Virus record (IMG/VR): IMGVR_UViG_2865859272_000007
Span: 1 to 64,000 of that record
Direction: 5' to 3' (one strand)
Source: a virus
Taxonomy: Duplodnaviria; Caudoviricetes
DNA: 64,000 nt
Below the pieces are notes generated by a model. It searched no databases. It was not told the DNA's origin and saw nothing but the letters and a program-made list of their open reading frames with translations. The stretch's first letter is position 1. Every line of letters starts with the position of its first letter. Below are positions 63,772-64,000 of the stretch, in pieces. A program made the position numbers and the translations under genes.

Positions 63772-64000
63772 GTGGCCTGGACGACCCCCATGACCGCCGT
63801 CGCTAACGCGACCATCACGGCGGCCGAGTGGAACACCCACGTTCGCGACAACCTGCTGGAGACCGAGCCTGCGAAGGCGGACGCTACGGATGTCTATCTG
63901 GTGTCGACAGGCGCGAACGTCCTGGCGAAGCGTGCGAGCGCCGGCGACCACATCGAGGCGCAGCAGGCCACGACCAGCACCAGCTACACGGACCTGTCGA
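63772..64000 (+). CDS. Minor tail protein, paralog 3 (cut by window end)
   Basis: GTG 63772: MAWTTPMTAV...EWNTHVRDNLLET...TTSTSYTDLS. Confidence 0.7.
   Translation, partial: MAWTTPMTAVANATITAAEWNTHVRDNLLETEPAKADATDVYLVSTGANVLAKRASAGDHIEAQQATTSTSYTDLS

Larger units (their letters stand above)
681..64000 (+). mobile_element. Integrated actinophage prophage (HK97-fold siphovirus), right end outside window
   Basis: Early genes, primase-helicase, terminase, portal, protease, capsid, tail tube, TAC and tape measure in phage order. Confidence 0.95.

Noticed and set aside
62677-64000. Diversity-generating retroelement acting on the repeated tail genes
   Set aside because: No reverse transcriptase or adenine-specific TR/VR pair is visible; the paralogs differ throughout. 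Sequence beyond the window is unseen

Overview
High-GC actinobacterial (Streptomyces-like) DNA. The first ~680 bp are host: a hypothetical gene, then the first ~34 codons of an MHS-family MFS transporter, which breaks off right after IEWYDFFL. From ~681 to the end of the window is the left and central part of an integrated HK97-fold siphovirus-type prophage. Gene order: (i) a tRNA-Leu(CAA) just inside attL; (ii) a ~32 kb mostly rightward early/replication region (DUF932, Endo VII, a duplicated Cas4-like exonuclease, a BldC-like HTH, a putative SSB, an RNase H-like exonuclease, DUF3310, HNH, dCMP deaminase, primase-polymerase/helicase, many small paralogous genes); (iii) an HNH, a leftward block with an FtsK-like ATPase, and a 1.5 kb non-coding region; (iv) an initiator-like tRNA-Met, then terminase, portal, protease, capsid and tail genes, running off the window. 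No integrase, repressor or lysis genes are visible; they are presumably beyond 64000. The most striking locus is 8547-10569: a promoter, three tandem stem-enclosed Y-RNA-like units (the middle one holds a complete circularly permuted tRNA-Asn), a terminator and a Ro60/TROVE gene. Other notable signals are a dispersed start-associated motif ACAACTGAATA, a paralogous gene family whose shared ADLIDPEV ends encode the next gene's RBS, and further atypical tRNA or tRNA-like elements. Family names come from motif recognition from memory, not from database searches.
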